A stretch of 64,000 bases of DNA from Octopus vulgaris (lineage: Eukaryota), in NCBI GenBank assembly GCA_951406725.2, contig OX597835.1:6138001-6202000 (forward strand). The letters are read 5' to 3'. This document shows positions 41,263 to 55,595 of this stretch, piece by piece. The translations under genes were made by a program, and so were the position numbers. Numbering within the stretch: the first letter of the stretch is position 1; each line of letters opens with the position of its first letter. Under the pieces are notes generated by a model, which saw nothing but the letters and a program-made list of their open reading frames with translations, ran no database searches and had not been told where the DNA came from.

Positions 41263-41332
<70 letters not shown>

Positions 41333-41466
41333 TAGTTGTGTGTATCTGCATACGTGCGTATATATGTGTGTGTGTGTGTGCGTGTATAACTATATGCATA
41401 AGAGCGCACATTAAAAGCACATGTCAATATACGTGATATAGGTGGATATATAATACACACACTAAC

Positions 41467-41497
<31 letters not shown>

Positions 41498-41839
41498 TAT
41501 ATTTATATCGATACACACAGCTGCCTGTGTAAAGACACTATGCTATTCCTTATCATGAAGACAAGAGTGTTTTTTTATATATACGATTCACTTCTAAATG
41601 TCTTATTTTTCCATTGTTAATGAAATGTTTAAAATATATTTTTATGTATTTTCTCTTGGTATTTGTCTCTCTTTTTCTCTCCTTGTCTCATTCCCTTTTT
41701 TTTCTCAGTGTCACTCTTTATCTAGTTTTCTTTTTCTCTCAATTTATATGTGTGAGTGCGTGTGCGCGCATGTGTATGTATGTATGTGGATGAATATATG
41801 TATGTATCTAGGATTTTTATGTTATGCCTACGCATATAT

Positions 41840-41843
41840 ACGC

Positions 41844-41875
<32 letters not shown>

Positions 41876-41932
41876 ATATAATATATACATACAAACATAC
41901 ATACAATATATGTATACATATATCTATATATT

Positions 41933-42019
<87 letters not shown>

Positions 42020-42139
42020 GGTGGTTGGTGGTTGTCTACTCCATATGCAGAGTTTGACCACCTCCTGTACCTACACCTAGCACCATCATGGCATCTGATG
42101 TGGGTTTTTAATATAATATATATATATATATGTATATAC

Positions 42140-42194
<55 letters not shown>

Positions 42195-42239
42195 TACATA
42201 TATTCATATATACATATATACATATATACATATATATAC

Positions 42240-42280
<41 letters not shown>

Positions 42281-42397
42281 CATATATATATATATATACA
42301 TATATATACATACATATATATATATACATATATATATACATATATATAAATACATATACATATATAATATATATACATATATATACATACATATATA

Positions 42398-42468
<71 letters not shown>

Positions 42469-42532
42469 TATACATATACATATACGTATATATATATACA
42501 ACTATATACATATAGATATATGCATATACATA

Positions 42533-42608
<76 letters not shown>

Positions 42609-42610
42609 TT
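41840..42610. repeat. Degenerate (TA)n microsatellite field (similar fields at 25325-25530, 38400-38680, 40885-41330, 48790-49400, 50255-50420)
   Basis: Directly visible. Confidence 0.95.
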
Positions 42611-44735
42611 TATAAATACGTATACCTATAAGTAAATATCTGTTTTATGGTTTTGTATATAAAATATCATACCAAAACACCTTCTCACTTTGTCTCAGTT
42701 TGTATGACTGTGAGTGTATGCCTGTGTGTAAATATATGAATAGATTAAGACATATATATATATAGAGAGAGAGAGAGAGGGGGGAGACCGATATACACAT
42801 CCTTATGTGTGTGTGTGTGTATGTGTGTTTGTGTATGTACAATTAGAGAAATATATGGATACGCACGTGTGTGTATGAGTGTGTGTGTGTGTGTGTGTGT
42901 GTGTATACATATAAATGTATATACACATAACGTATACATATATATGAATACATATTTATATAAATATATACACACATATTATACACAGGTACAAATATAT
43001 ATAAGTATATATATATATATATATATATATATTCGTGTTAAATATGCATATGTATGTACATGTGTGTGTGTATGTTTATATAAATACATAAGTGATAGAG
43101 AGAGAGGGGGGGCAAGGTTAGATATATAGACACTGAGACAAAGGACTTCAGGACAGAGAGAGGGAGAGAGAAAGAGGAGAGAGTGAGAAAGAGTGAGAGA
43201 GAGAGATAGAGAGAAGGAGAGACAGAAGGAGAGAGAGGTGGGAGACGGGTTGAAGGGGGTATTTTTATAAGCTTTTGTGACGGACTGTTACGATGGAAGT
43301 AGGTTTTGTTCAAGCACACAACAGACATTTCCTGAATCCTGTTCTATTTTCAGTATTATTTATGCAACGAAGCAGAAATATTTCGAAGCTCGTTTAGATA
43401 GCAAAGGCATTCGTATTATTTCCCGTAAATGATGGGAAAATAAAAAATAAAATAATTAAAATGGCGACAGTGACATTTCTATTGAATCGCTCCGAGATTC
43501 TGTAACTATCGGACGTTCTCAAGCGCCTTTCAGCTGTCTTTTTTGGACATTTGTCACGCGAACCTGTTTCGAAGCGAAACAACGTTATAATTGATAATAG
43601 CTGGAGGACAGTTTTGTGAAGAACGTAATCGCGCGTGATGCCCAACAAATAAGACAAGCCTTCATTTACGTTGCTATCCGCTCTAGAGTGTGTGTGTGTC
43701 CGGTGGTGGTATACTGATGGTCGTGATGGTGGTAGTGTTTGTATAAGTAACCACTGGTATAATTGCAAGAAGCACCATATTTCCTGGCGTCGTTTCTATC
43801 GTGTTACGAGTCGCTGGTTCTCCGCAGATGGTTAACGAAACGTTTTATCGGTCGTTACACTGTCGCTTGATTGTTACTGCCCACGACAACCACCAGTCAT
43901 CTCACCATCTGGTTGCTGACCACTAAGTACTAGATGGGATGAACAGATAAATTTAAAATGTACTGCAGTCATGTTCACAACCTGACAGCTGTTTCCGTGA
44001 TTCGAACGACCGATATTTCGGTTCTTGTTCTATTCATTATCAATGTCGATATCGTCACTACTCGGATCATTTATTGTTGTGCACGAATTGTCATGAAATT
44101 CTTAGATGAATAAAGCATTCGACAATCCAGCTTTCTGCTAATCCGCCATCGACCCTTTTCCTTGACTGGTACTTTATTCTTATCGAATGAGGTCGATGAA
44201 ATAAAGTAGACCCTTTCAGATTCACCAGACTTACTACTTTCATCAACTTTTCAATAAACACACTAAAAGGCATCACATTTCTCTCTCTCTCCTTCTCTCT
44301 CTCTCTCTCTCTCCCCCCTCTCTTTTCTCATCAAGAGGTACTTGAAGTAGATGAGAGCTTGGTCAGATATAAAAGTGCCTTGTTTTCAAACACTATATAA
44401 CAGTATCGTTACAACAGCTACGTAGTTATGTCTATACAACTACGTTTTAATACTCTTTGCTGCGTAATAAAACATTTACGATACTTATGAGTGAAATATT
44501 GTTTTATAGTTACATAATGGTGTCTTTATAACAGCTATTTTTTATATTTTACTCATTTCGGTCACTAGACTGCGGCCATATTGGCCTAGTATTTTTTTAA
44601 GTCTGGTACTCATTCTATCGATCTATTTTGCCGAACCGCTAACACACCAACGCCGATTGTCAAGCAGTGGGGTGGGGCAAATACAAACGCAAACACGCAC
44701 ACACATAGACATACATACATACATATATATAGGAG

Positions 44736-45000
44736 GAGACCCCCTTCGGTCATGAATGACCATGGGATTGCACCTATAAAGTTACCTTCCGAGGCACAAG
44801 TCATGCATACCAGCCTCCACTCTCCACACCACTGACGATATCCAAGAGAAAGGCAAAGGCCGATACTGCTGAGCGAACTGGATTAACGTGAAATAAAGTG
44901 TCTTGCTCAAGAGCACAACACGCAGCCCAATCCGGCAATCAAGCTCACAGCCTCACGACCGTAAGCTCTACGCCCTAACCACTGAGCCATGCGCCTTCAC
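44736..45000 (-). mobile_element. Family A SINE (body variant 2) with another distinct tail (...GGTCATTCATGACCGAAGGGGGTCTC)
   Basis: Minus-strand head GAAGGCGCATGGCTCAGTGGTTAGGGCG and TGTGCTCTTGAGCAAGACACTTTATTTCACGTT block. Confidence 0.7.
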
Positions 45001-45041
45001 ACACACAAACACACACACATGCACACACACACACGCACACG

Positions 45042-45100
<59 letters not shown>

Positions 45101-45109
45101 CGGGACACA

Positions 45110-45592
45110 CAAGTCATATCAAAAAGTTTGTCATGTTTTCGGTGATGATTCTCCAAAGTCAGTTCACAAATTTTCATGATGTTTTCACTCGTTCGGGAGG
45201 TCGACGATCACCCTGAGCGAGGCTGGTCATCAAGCGACAAGCGACCATTCCTAAAGCGTGGAAACCACTCGTTAACTTGTGTTTTGCACATGGCAGCGTC
45301 CTTGTAAGTTGTTCGAATCATGACAACTGTTTCGGCCGCGGTTTTCCCCGGCAGAAAACAGAATTTCACGGAAGCACGACGTTACTTTGTTTCAGGCATC
45401 GCAAAAATCGACGAGCAGAAGAGAAAGACAGCAAAACAAAGATGCACCACGTGCCAGCATGACCTAGCTGGACGACACCGGTCGGCAGACTGATGCCTGA
45501 TGGTCGCATCAAGTGGTTTCTAGCGACGAAAGTCTGAACTACAACGGGTTTGTCCCAGAGAACGTTCCCAATTACTTTTGGGTACTCCCTCG
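45110..45592 (-). mobile_element. Mariner transposon 5' remnant
   Basis: Terminus CGAGGGAGTACCCAAAAGTAATTGGG. ATG 45399 gives MPETK*RRASVKFCFLPGKTAAETVVMIRTTYKDAAMCKTQVNEWFPRFRNGRLSLDDQPRSG*SSTSRTSENI, the mariner N-terminal HTH and GRP-like linker, with stops. Confidence 0.88.
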
Positions 45593-45632
<40 letters not shown>

Positions 45633-45687
45633 AATAGAAATATGTTACAAAAAGAAAATAGAAACTACACGTGAAAAAATATATATT

Positions 45688-46105
45688 ACTCTCTCTCTTT
45701 TACTCTTTTACTTGTTTCAGTCATTTGACTGCGGCCATGCTGGAGCACCGCCTTTAGTCGAGCAAATCGACACCGGGACTTATTCTTTGTAAGCCCAGTA
45801 CTTATTCTATCGGTCTCTTTCGCCGAACCGCTAAGTGACGGGGACGTAAACACACCAGCATCGGTTGTCAAGCAATGCTAGGGGGACAAACACAGATACA
45901 CAAACACACACACATATACATATATACATATACATATACATATACGACAGGCTTCTTTCAGTTTCCGTCTACCAAATCCACTCACAAGGCATTGGTCAGC
46001 CCGGGGCTATGGCAGAAGACACTTGCCCAAGATGCCACGCAGTGGGACTGAGCCCGGAACCATGTGGTTGGTAGGCAAGCTACTTACCACACAGCCACTT
46101 CTGCG

Positions 46106-46194
<89 letters not shown>

Positions 46195-46374
46195 TTCTTT
46201 CAGTTTCCGTCTACGAAATCCTTCTTTCAGTTTCTATCTACCAAATCCATTCACAAGGCTTTTGATCGGGCCGAGGCCAGAGTAGAAAACACTTGCCTAA
46301 GGTGACACGCAGTGGGACTGAACACGGAATCATGTGGTTGGGAAGCAAGCTTCTTATCACACAGTCACGCCTGC
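45688..46374 (-). mobile_element. Full family B SINE (45688-46108) plus a second 5' half (46192-46374)
   Basis: Reverse complement of the family B sequence seen at 55364-55822. Confidence 0.88.
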
Positions 46375-46399
46375 TATATAAGTGTTTCTGATATTTGTT

Positions 46400-46580
46400 T
46401 CAAATTTTGGCACAAGGCCTGCCATCTGGTGAAGGGGGAAATCGATTAGATCGATCACAGTGCTCAACTGATTCTTATTTTATCGGACCTCGGAATCTGA
46501 ACTCGGAACGTGAAGACGGACGAAATGCCGCTAAGCATTTTGTCCGGCGTGCTAACGATTCAGCCAGCTCGCCGCCTTAA
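46400..46580 (-). mobile_element. Family C SINE (other copies about 47880-48070, 48161-48255 +, 51880-52045, 53655-53865, 59040-59190)
   Basis: GAACTCGGAACGTGAAGACGGACGAAATGCCGCTAAGCATTTTGTCCGGCGTGCTAACGATTCAGCCAGCTCGCCGCC. Confidence 0.8.
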
Positions 46581-46902
46581 GTGTTTCTAATATTGGGAAA
46601 GGGTTTAGTCGATTACATCGACCCAAGTAGTTGACTGGTATATTATTTCAGAGCTAGCCATCTAGCCAGCTAGACAGACAGACAGACGGATGAACGGACG
46701 AACGGACCGACGGACAGACAGACAGACATTTTAGAGAAGTGAGGGAGAGGAAGCTACACTATAATAAATATAATCACTCTTCATTATGTATTGAGTACAT
46801 TTACTTAACACGTAAAAATTATGTGTGTTTGTATTTTTTTTTTTTTTTTTTTTTTACTTGTTTCAGTCATATTGACTGCGGCCATGCTGGAGCACCGCCT
46901 TT

Positions 46903-46910
46903 AAAAAAAA
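46903..46910 (-). terminator. Pol III oligo(T) terminator of tRNA-Ala
   Basis: T8 on the minus strand, 5 nt after the discriminator base. Confidence 0.8.
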
Positions 46911-46915
46911 TATTC

Positions 46916-46987
46916 TGGAGATGCCGGGGATCGAACCCGGGGCCTTTCGCATGCAAAGCGAACGCTCTACCACTGAGCTACATCCCC
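46916..46987 (-). tRNA. tRNA-Ala (anticodon TGC)
   Basis: GGGGATGTAGCTCAGTGGTAGAGCGTTCGCTTTGCATGCGAAAGGCCCCGGGTTCGATCCCCGGCATCTCCA, 72 nt, full cloverleaf with the G3:U70 Ala determinant, anticodon arm TTCGC-TT-TGC-AT-GCGAA and eukaryotic TTCGATC T-loop. Confidence 0.97.
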
Positions 46988-47451
46988 CGATTATGTGTAC
47001 ATATATGCAAATCTGTCAAGATATGTGTGCGTACCTGCTTTACGACTATGTAATTGCGAATGTGTACGTTTGGCTGTTTTGTCAGCCGTAAATGAAGACA
47101 AGACAATTCGGTGGAACTTACAACTAATCATGTGTGCTAACGTGCAAGAATCCTTCCACAATCAAAGTAATTCCATAAGTGGCGACATAAGTGAATAGCT
47201 CGAACCGAGTGAAGAGGGCGCCTCCGTTAGATTTGACATTTCAAAGTTTAATGCATTAAAACTCCGAGAGGAGCGCCGTGAATTTTCTAAGCTTAACTTT
47301 AATATAAGTAATCTAGTGAAGCATATGAAACATTATTAAAACTAACATATTTTATGTGTGTTTATATTAGATACGAACAAATATATAGAAATACGTTTAT
47401 GGAGACGAGAATAGATTTGTTTGCCCGGCAGACACAGAGAAAGGAAACTAA

Positions 47452-47549
<98 letters not shown>

Positions 47550-47737
47550 CATATATATATATATTATATTATATTATATTATATTATATTATATTATTTT
47601 ATTTTATATTATATTATATTATATTATATTATATTATATTATATGCTGAGGAAGAGAAGCACTTTTAAATTTATGTGTACAAGTGCACCATGTGTGTATA
47701 TATGTGTGTGTATCTATATATCAGTGTATATCTATCC

Positions 47738-47820
<83 letters not shown>

Positions 47821-48258
47821 CTAACATAAGAAAAAGTATTCAATACACAAAGGAAAGTTTTAAATGGTTGCTTATTTAAGCGCCAGGCCCGAAAATTTGT
47901 AAAGGGTCGTTTGACTCAAGACCGCAGTATGTAACTGGTACTACATTTTATCCAACACCGTAAGAGTGAAAGCGCAAGTTAACAGCGAAGAGATTTTAAT
48001 TCAGGATGTAAAGAACCAGCAGAAAAATCGAAGGACATATTTTTCTGATATTCTAACGATTCTGCCTATCCAAGAATTTAATGACGATAATTAAAACATA
48101 TAATCTACACTGCATTACTCTGAGTTTCACATTACTGCATGAAAGATGAATATTTATGAAACCGGTGAGCTGGCAGAATCGATAACACGCCAGACAAAAT
48201 GCTTCACGGCATTTCGTCCGCCTTAAACTTTCTGATTTCAAATTCCGCCCAGGTTGTA

Positions 48259-48311
<53 letters not shown>

Positions 48312-48804
48312 TAATGCGATAGAAAACTTTGCCGGCTTTATAAGTTGAGATTTGCATGCACCTGTACGTGTCTTCTTTACGAAATTGTTTAAAGCAAAAG
48401 TTCAAAGTTCTACGGAAGGTTGAATGCAGAGGTTGAATGTTTCGTCGACTCAGTGCATTGGCTGACAGGATTCTGGTATCAAAGATGGCCATTCCTGAAT
48501 ATAGCTTTGGAAAGCTACTTTACCCAGCACACATTCCAGGCGTTGTACTCTTTGAATTTACCAAATGTGAAACATCATTTGAAGAATTGCTAATTCTCAT
48601 GGAATGAACAACTGCAGCCGGCAACACAACAGTCGCTGGTTGAGAAGAAGAATGAAGAAAAAATGTTCTGAAGGGAATTTCTCAAAAAATAAATTTTAAA
48701 TGTAAAAAAAAAAGCGGGGTGGTTCTTTCTTTTTTCCATACTGTCATGTTCCATTAAGTATGCCTGGCTTACACTTATGCAGTAACTGTCTTGTGTGTGT
48801 GTGT

Positions 48805-48843
<39 letters not shown>

Positions 48844-49057
48844 TGTATGTGCCTGTGAGTTTGTGTATAAATACATATGCGTACATTCATTATATAGATG
48901 TATACATATACAAACGCATGTATATGCATATATATATATAAATGCACATATACCTTACATACATATGTGTGGTTGTGTGCACTGTGTGTGTGTGTGTATG
49001 TGCGTGAGTGTATGTATGTATATGTATACATATATATACATTTATATGCTTACATAC

Positions 49058-49088
<31 letters not shown>

Positions 49089-49136
49089 CATATATATATG
49101 CATACATATATATATACATACATATATATATATATG

Positions 49137-49172
<36 letters not shown>

Positions 49173-49244
49173 TATATACATTTATATGCTTACATACATA
49201 TATATATACATATATATATATACATACATGCATATATATATGTA

Positions 49245-49276
<32 letters not shown>

Positions 49277-49291
49277 AATACATAACATAAA

Positions 49292-49324
<33 letters not shown>

Positions 49325-49822
49325 GCAGGCACACATATATGTATATGTATTCATATATATATATGTATACATATGTCTATGTATGTATGTATGTAGGTAG
49401 GTATGTATGTATAGTAATCTAACTTACTCGAAGCGTACTTCTGGCTATATAATATGTCTCTCAAGTACTTATGTTGACTTTTGTGTATCGTGCGTGTATA
49501 TCTATATGGATGCGTGTATGTATATAGGTGCACACATTATTCTGCGTACCTGTGCTTTTGTGTGTGTATGTGTGTGTGTGTGTGTAAACGTAAGTACATA
49601 ATTAAATCCCTACCACGGTTTCACGCAGGTATCCGAGTAAATAATCACGATCTTCAAAAGATTTGAAGTAGAAATAGAAATAGCGACGCGATACTTCTGC
49701 AACGTTTCCGCATCTGTTCATTTCTGTATTTGTATTGTAGAATTCCTTACATTCCCTGAGAATAGTTATTAACTACTCTACGGATGCCCGCTTCAAGCGA
49801 TAGTAGGGATTGAATTATTTAA

Positions 49823-49853
<31 letters not shown>

Positions 49854-49962
49854 AACACACACACACGCTCATACACGGATATCTATCTCTTGTATTCAGT
49901 TGTGTATGCATGCGTAGTTGCGTTAGCATGTACGTATGCATGTGTATAGATGGTTAGATAGC

Positions 49963-50063
<101 letters not shown>

Positions 50064-50252
50064 GGCTATAGAAATATACATGCATATGTGAATATATATA
50101 TATATTATAGCCATATTTGTATACGTATATACATGTAGGTATATGTGCGTGCATATGCATATACAACGTATGTACATGTACATACATGTATGGATATATA
50201 CATGGCGGTGCCCCAGCATGGCCACAGCTCGTAAGCTGAAACTAGAATCAAT

Positions 50253-50338
<86 letters not shown>

Positions 50339-50340
50339 TA

Positions 50341-50423
<83 letters not shown>

Positions 50424-50704
50424 GGAGGCGCAATGGCCCAGCGGTTAGGGCAGCGGACTTGCGGTTGTGGGATCGCGGTTTCGATTCCCAGACCGGGGCT
50501 GTGACTGTTTATTGAGCAAAAAACACCTAAAGCTCCACGCGGCTCCGGCAGTGGATGGTGGCGATCCCTACTGCACTCTTTCGTCACAACTTTCTCTCAC
50601 TCTTTCTTCTGTTGGCTTGCTCACTTAGCCAGCGGGCTGGCGTCATTTGGAGGCTAAAACAATGCGAAGCACATTGTGACCAGCGATGTGTAGCAACATC
50701 TGAT
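50424..50704 (+). mobile_element. Family A SINE (body variant 1) with tail ...GACCAGCGATGTGTAGCAACATCTGAT
   Basis: Head and body as at 6889; diverges after CTTTCTCTCACTCTTTCTTC. Confidence 0.85.
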
Positions 50705-51438
50705 ATATACATACATTTATATATTATAATTACATGCATATATGTGTAGATACACACATCTTTGTACATGTGTATATATTTGAATATATATACGCACATA
50801 CATGCTTATGTTTCGATATATATTCGTAATACATATGTATACATATATGCATATTTATCTTCATATATATACATTTATGTATGTATGTGTGTGAGTGTGT
50901 GTATACAGTTAAGTAATGAGCGTATGTATATGCATTTATTTCGGCATAGATATTGGTATTTATGTTTCTATGCATAATGGCTACTCTGTTGAGTTGGTCG
51001 TTGATGATGATGATAATGATGATAATGGCGATGTTTTTCTTTTTTGTCGATGGTGGTGGTGGTGATGGTGATGATGTGGAGGTGGTGATGGTGGTATTGA
51101 TGCTGTTACTTTTGCCTATTATTTCAACTCTAAGTCAAACAACTTTTAATTCTTTGATAAATCCATTTATATTAGATTTCTTCGGTTTCTTTCCCATTCT
51201 AACTTTCCTCGTCAAATATACGTTGACACATCACGTCTCAGCTGTAAGTTAATATCTCTAAGCATTAGGCGCAGACATGGCCGTATGGCGAAAAAGTTTG
51301 CTTAGAATTCTCGTGGTTTCAGATTCAGTTCCACAGAGCTGTAACTTGAGCAAGTATCTTCAGCTATAGTCGGAGGTGGATATAATGTACGTGGATATGT
51401 AGTACGTGGACGGATATAGTGTGTAGCAACCCGTCATA

Positions 51439-51835
51439 TCTTTATATATAAAAGTGAAGTCGTGTTAGTGTCTGTCTCCTACGATTTAGATTCCTAACTA
51501 CTCCCACATTTTGCGATGCAGTTTAACCAAAACCGAGTATCTTATAGTCGTGATTCATATCGAACCATTCTGGGTATTAGCGCGCGTCTACGATGAGTCT
51601 ACGATTTTTAAAATAATTTACCATCATTTTTTTCCATTTTAATGTATATTTTTTTAAATAAAGGGAAGGAACTCTCTAAAAATGTCTACGATGAGTCAAC
51701 GATTTTTAAAAAAATTTACCATAATTTTTTTTCCATTTTTAATGCATTTTTTGCTATTTTTTTGCTATAACTCTCTAAAAATGCTTTATAGTTATTTCCC
51801 TTACAAACCCGAGCAACGCCGGGCGATACTGCTAG
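51439..51835 (+). mobile_element. Non-autonomous Helitron, 397 bp
   Basis: A|TC 5' end, subterminal hairpin CCCG(A)GC-AAC-GCCGGG at 51808-51823, CTAG|T 3' end, no TSD. Internal ~60-bp duplication (about 51587 and 51684). Confidence 0.88.
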
Positions 51836-52193
51836 TATATATATAAGAATTTTTTATGTCAATATCAAAGCAGAGTTTAAATTGATTACATCGATCCCTA
51901 ATACTTGACTGCTACATATACTTTATCGACCCTGAAAGAATGAAAGGTAAAGTTGACCTCGGCTGCATTTGAACTCAGAACGTAAAGACGGATGAAATGC
52001 TGCTCAGCGTTTTATCCGACGTGCTAACGATTCTCCCATCTCACCGTTATAATGCAAGCTGTGCCCTCATGAAGCATATATACGTATTCCAGAAATCCAA
52101 GGTATATTTGTAGATGTTATACTTTATATGGGAGTTGAAAATTCTCAGGAATATTGTTAAATACAGGCAAATACTTATTGTAGACTAATTACA

Positions 52194-52330
52194 TACCGTA
52201 AATCCTCGAGTATAGTCCGCCCTTGAATATAATACGCAGGGTATTTTTAGGGAGGCTGTACTTCTGAAAAACCTAAACCTTGTGTATAATACGCACCCCT
52301 TCTCTAACTTGAGTCGTGCGTAATTAAGCC
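52194..52330. mobile_element. Single end of a pogo/Tc1-mariner-type DNA transposon or MITE
   Basis: TA|CCGTAAATCCTCGAGTATAGTCCGCCC terminus with TATAATACGCA subterminal repeats; no partner end found. Confidence 0.5.
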
Positions 52331-52814
52331 AGCAGCACCTAGTCGAACAAACACTTCTGCGCATGTGTAATACAATAATGGTGATGTTCTTAACTGTTAT
52401 ATGGGAATGTAAATATGTTTGAAAATTATTTTTGTTACATGTTACTGGAACACAGAATGTAGAGAATGGGGGAAAATACCGCAAAGCATTTTCCAATACT
52501 CTAACGACTCTACTAACTCGCCACATTATTCATGTATAAAATAATAGCGAAAAAGGCAGCGTCACTACGCCGTATGTTGGTAATATGAGATGTTTCATTT
52601 GAACAACTGAAAATAAACGTCTCTGCTTTGTTACATACATGTAAATCATGTGGACGTGATCAATGACAACTCAAGAGCCAACAAGTTCGATCCAGTTCCA
52701 TCTAAAATTATAATGAAATACTTCACAAGAGAATATTCCTATGACAGGATATCGAGTTACCAATTGGATTCAGAAACATAAACTTCAAAGTCAATACAGA
52801 CAGCTTTTTGGTTT

Positions 52815-52884
<70 letters not shown>

Positions 52885-52924
52885 CGTGTGTGTGTGTGTC
52901 CGTGCGCGCATGCGTATAACTATG

Positions 52925-53540
52925 TGTTGACTCAACCCATAAAAATGCATTTTTTCATACTTCTTTAAGTTTACAAAATTAAGATAAACAAAGTTCTTTT
53001 TTAATCTAAAATATACTCTCCTTCATTTTCTACAATGCTCTCCCATCCAGCTGGTGGACTTGTAAGGCCCCTCTTCCAAAATTTACTTGTCCGTGACGAG
53101 AAGTACTCCTCCAGTACAGTTCTGACCTCGTCTACAGAATTCATATTTTTTCTATTCAAATGATTTTGAATACTTCGAAATAAATGATTATCAGATGGGG
53201 CAATGTCCGGCGAATAAGGTGGGTGGGGTATCGTTTCGCATTCAAATGCTTAAACCTTTGGAACGTCATCCACGCCGTATGTGGCCAAACATTAACCGGA
53301 TGGAAGAACACCTTTCGTATTGAAACCAAAGGTGGTCGTCTTCCGATGGCACGCAGGTATCGATAAATGGTTGAATGACCAAAATCCATGCGTCTCTGCT
53401 AATTCAACAGTTACGATGGGATTTCGTTCCTACAGGGTTTGCAGGACAGCCTCGTCGAACTCTACAGATCTTCCAGGACCAGGCTCATCTTCCAGGGATT
53501 AATCTTCTCTTTTCGCTCCTTTGCGCCACATGGTCTCAAC
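52925..53540 (-). pseudogene. Internally deleted mariner transposase remnant
   Basis: Minus-strand pieces DEPGPGRSVEFDEAVL; NVWPHTAWMT (HDNARPH-like); TIPHPPYSPDIAPSD (YSPDLAPSD motif); SVDEVRTVLEEYFSSRTSKFWKRGL...WESIVENEGEYILD*. Confidence 0.88.
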
Positions 53541-54434
53541 TCTCCTCCCCTCTTCATCTAACATCCTCCCCTCGCCTCTCTCTCCCTCACACCTACATCT
53601 TCTTTCTTCTCTTCACTCCTACCCACCTTCTCCTTCCTCCCTTCATCGTCACCCCTCAAATTTTGGCACAAGGCCATCATTTTCGGGGAAGGGAGGAAGT
53701 CCGATTACATCGACCCCACTACTCAACTGATATTTATTTTATCGACCCCAAAATGATGAAAAGCAAAGTTGATCACAACGGCATTTGAACTCAGAGTATG
53801 AAAACGTACGAAACGTCGCCAAGCATTTTTTCCCGACGTGCAAACGATTTTGCCATTTCAGCGCCTTCGTCTTTAATACTGAATAATACGTAAACAATAA
53901 CTATTTCTGTCTGAAACCGAGAAAAGAAATGAAAACTGGTTTTGTAGATGAAAATAGTAAAAGAATTAAAATATTGTGACGTGATTGGTCCAAATAATTA
54001 AGATCTTAGATAATTTTCTGCCAATAAAACAGCCTTTAGGTTTTGGTCAACGATCAGAGCTGGCCAAAAAGAGAGTCTAAAAAACAGGTGTTAGCTATAT
54101 ATTCGTTGGAAATTTCGCCAGTTTCAATGAGATTTCACAGCGTACAACATAGATACGCAGATATATTTGGGTGCGTGAGTATGTATGTTGTGTGTGTGTG
54201 TGTATAAATGTATTTTTTTCTCCAGGGCGGTTCACTGAAGCTGATGTGATTTTGTACGCAGCCACCATCTGTTCTCCAATCGAATTAGGCAAACACGTGT
54301 CAAGCTCCCATCAACTAATAACACCCGGGAGGCTGTTTGTGTTGTTTCGAGACAAAAATAGTGACGAACGTCTTTGTACTTTTCATTCATTTATTCATAT
54401 ACATACATACATACATACATACATACATACATAC

Positions 54435-54473
<39 letters not shown>

Positions 54474-54555
54474 TGTATGTATGAATATCTATATGTATGA
54501 TATACATATGCACATATTTCTACGTGTACCCTATATACAGAAATATATACATATG

Positions 54556-54935
54556 TGCAGGCATGGTTGTGTGGTAAGAAGCTTGCTTCCCAAACACTTG
54601 GTCCCGGGTTCAATCCCACTGCGTGAGACCTTAGTTAATTGTCTTCTACTACAGCCTCGGGCCCATCAAACCCTTGTGTGTAGATTTGGTAGACGGAAAC
54701 TGAAAAGAAACCCGTCGCGTGTGTGTGTGTGTGTGTCTGCGTTTGTCTCCCCCACCATCATCGCTTAACAACCGGTATTGGTGTGTTTACGTCTCTGTAA
54801 CTTAGTGGTTCAGCAAAAGAGAACGATATAATAAGTACAGGGCTTAAAAAATAAGTCCTGGAGTAGATTTGTCCGACTAAAACCGTTCAAGGCGTAGCTC
54901 CAGCATGGCTGCTGCCAAATGATTGAAACAAATAA
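54556..54935 (+). mobile_element. Family B SINE
   Basis: Colinear with the other family B copies. Confidence 0.85.
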
Positions 54936-54940
54936 AAAAT

Positions 54941-55526
54941 GGTGCTAGGAAAATACGGTCCCGGAAAATTATGTTCCGGAAAATTCGGTCCCTATAAAGT
55001 TGGTCCCAGACAATCTTTCAAATCGGTGTCCGGTCATTTCGCCCACTATGGAGTCTTGTTAGCCCACGCATCATTTCCAATTTTAAGAAACCCTAATATG
55101 GCTGCAAAATATTTTAAAAGTGAAAAAAAACAAAGACAAATTGATTGATGAACTTAATTATGTTTACGACTTTCATAACTTTAGCTCCGATGCGACAAAG
55201 AAAACGTGGCGCTGTGAGATTCGCAACACATGTTGTGTTCGTGTTCATACAAAGAATAAACCAGGTGAACCTATAATTATTTCAACAATTAATAGTCATG
55301 ATCACGAATCAGCACCGAATGAAGTGGAAGCACGATTCGCCATTTCAGCATTAAGAAAAAAGTTGCGCAGGAGTGGCTGTGTGGTAAGTAGCTTGTTTAC
55401 CAACCACATGGTTCCGGGTTCAGTCCCATTGCGTGGCACCTTGGGCAAGTGTCTTCTACTATTGCCTCGGGCCGACCAAAGCCTTGTGAGTGGATTTGGT
55501 AGACGGAAACTGAAAAGAAGCCTGTC

Positions 55527-55595
<69 letters not shown>

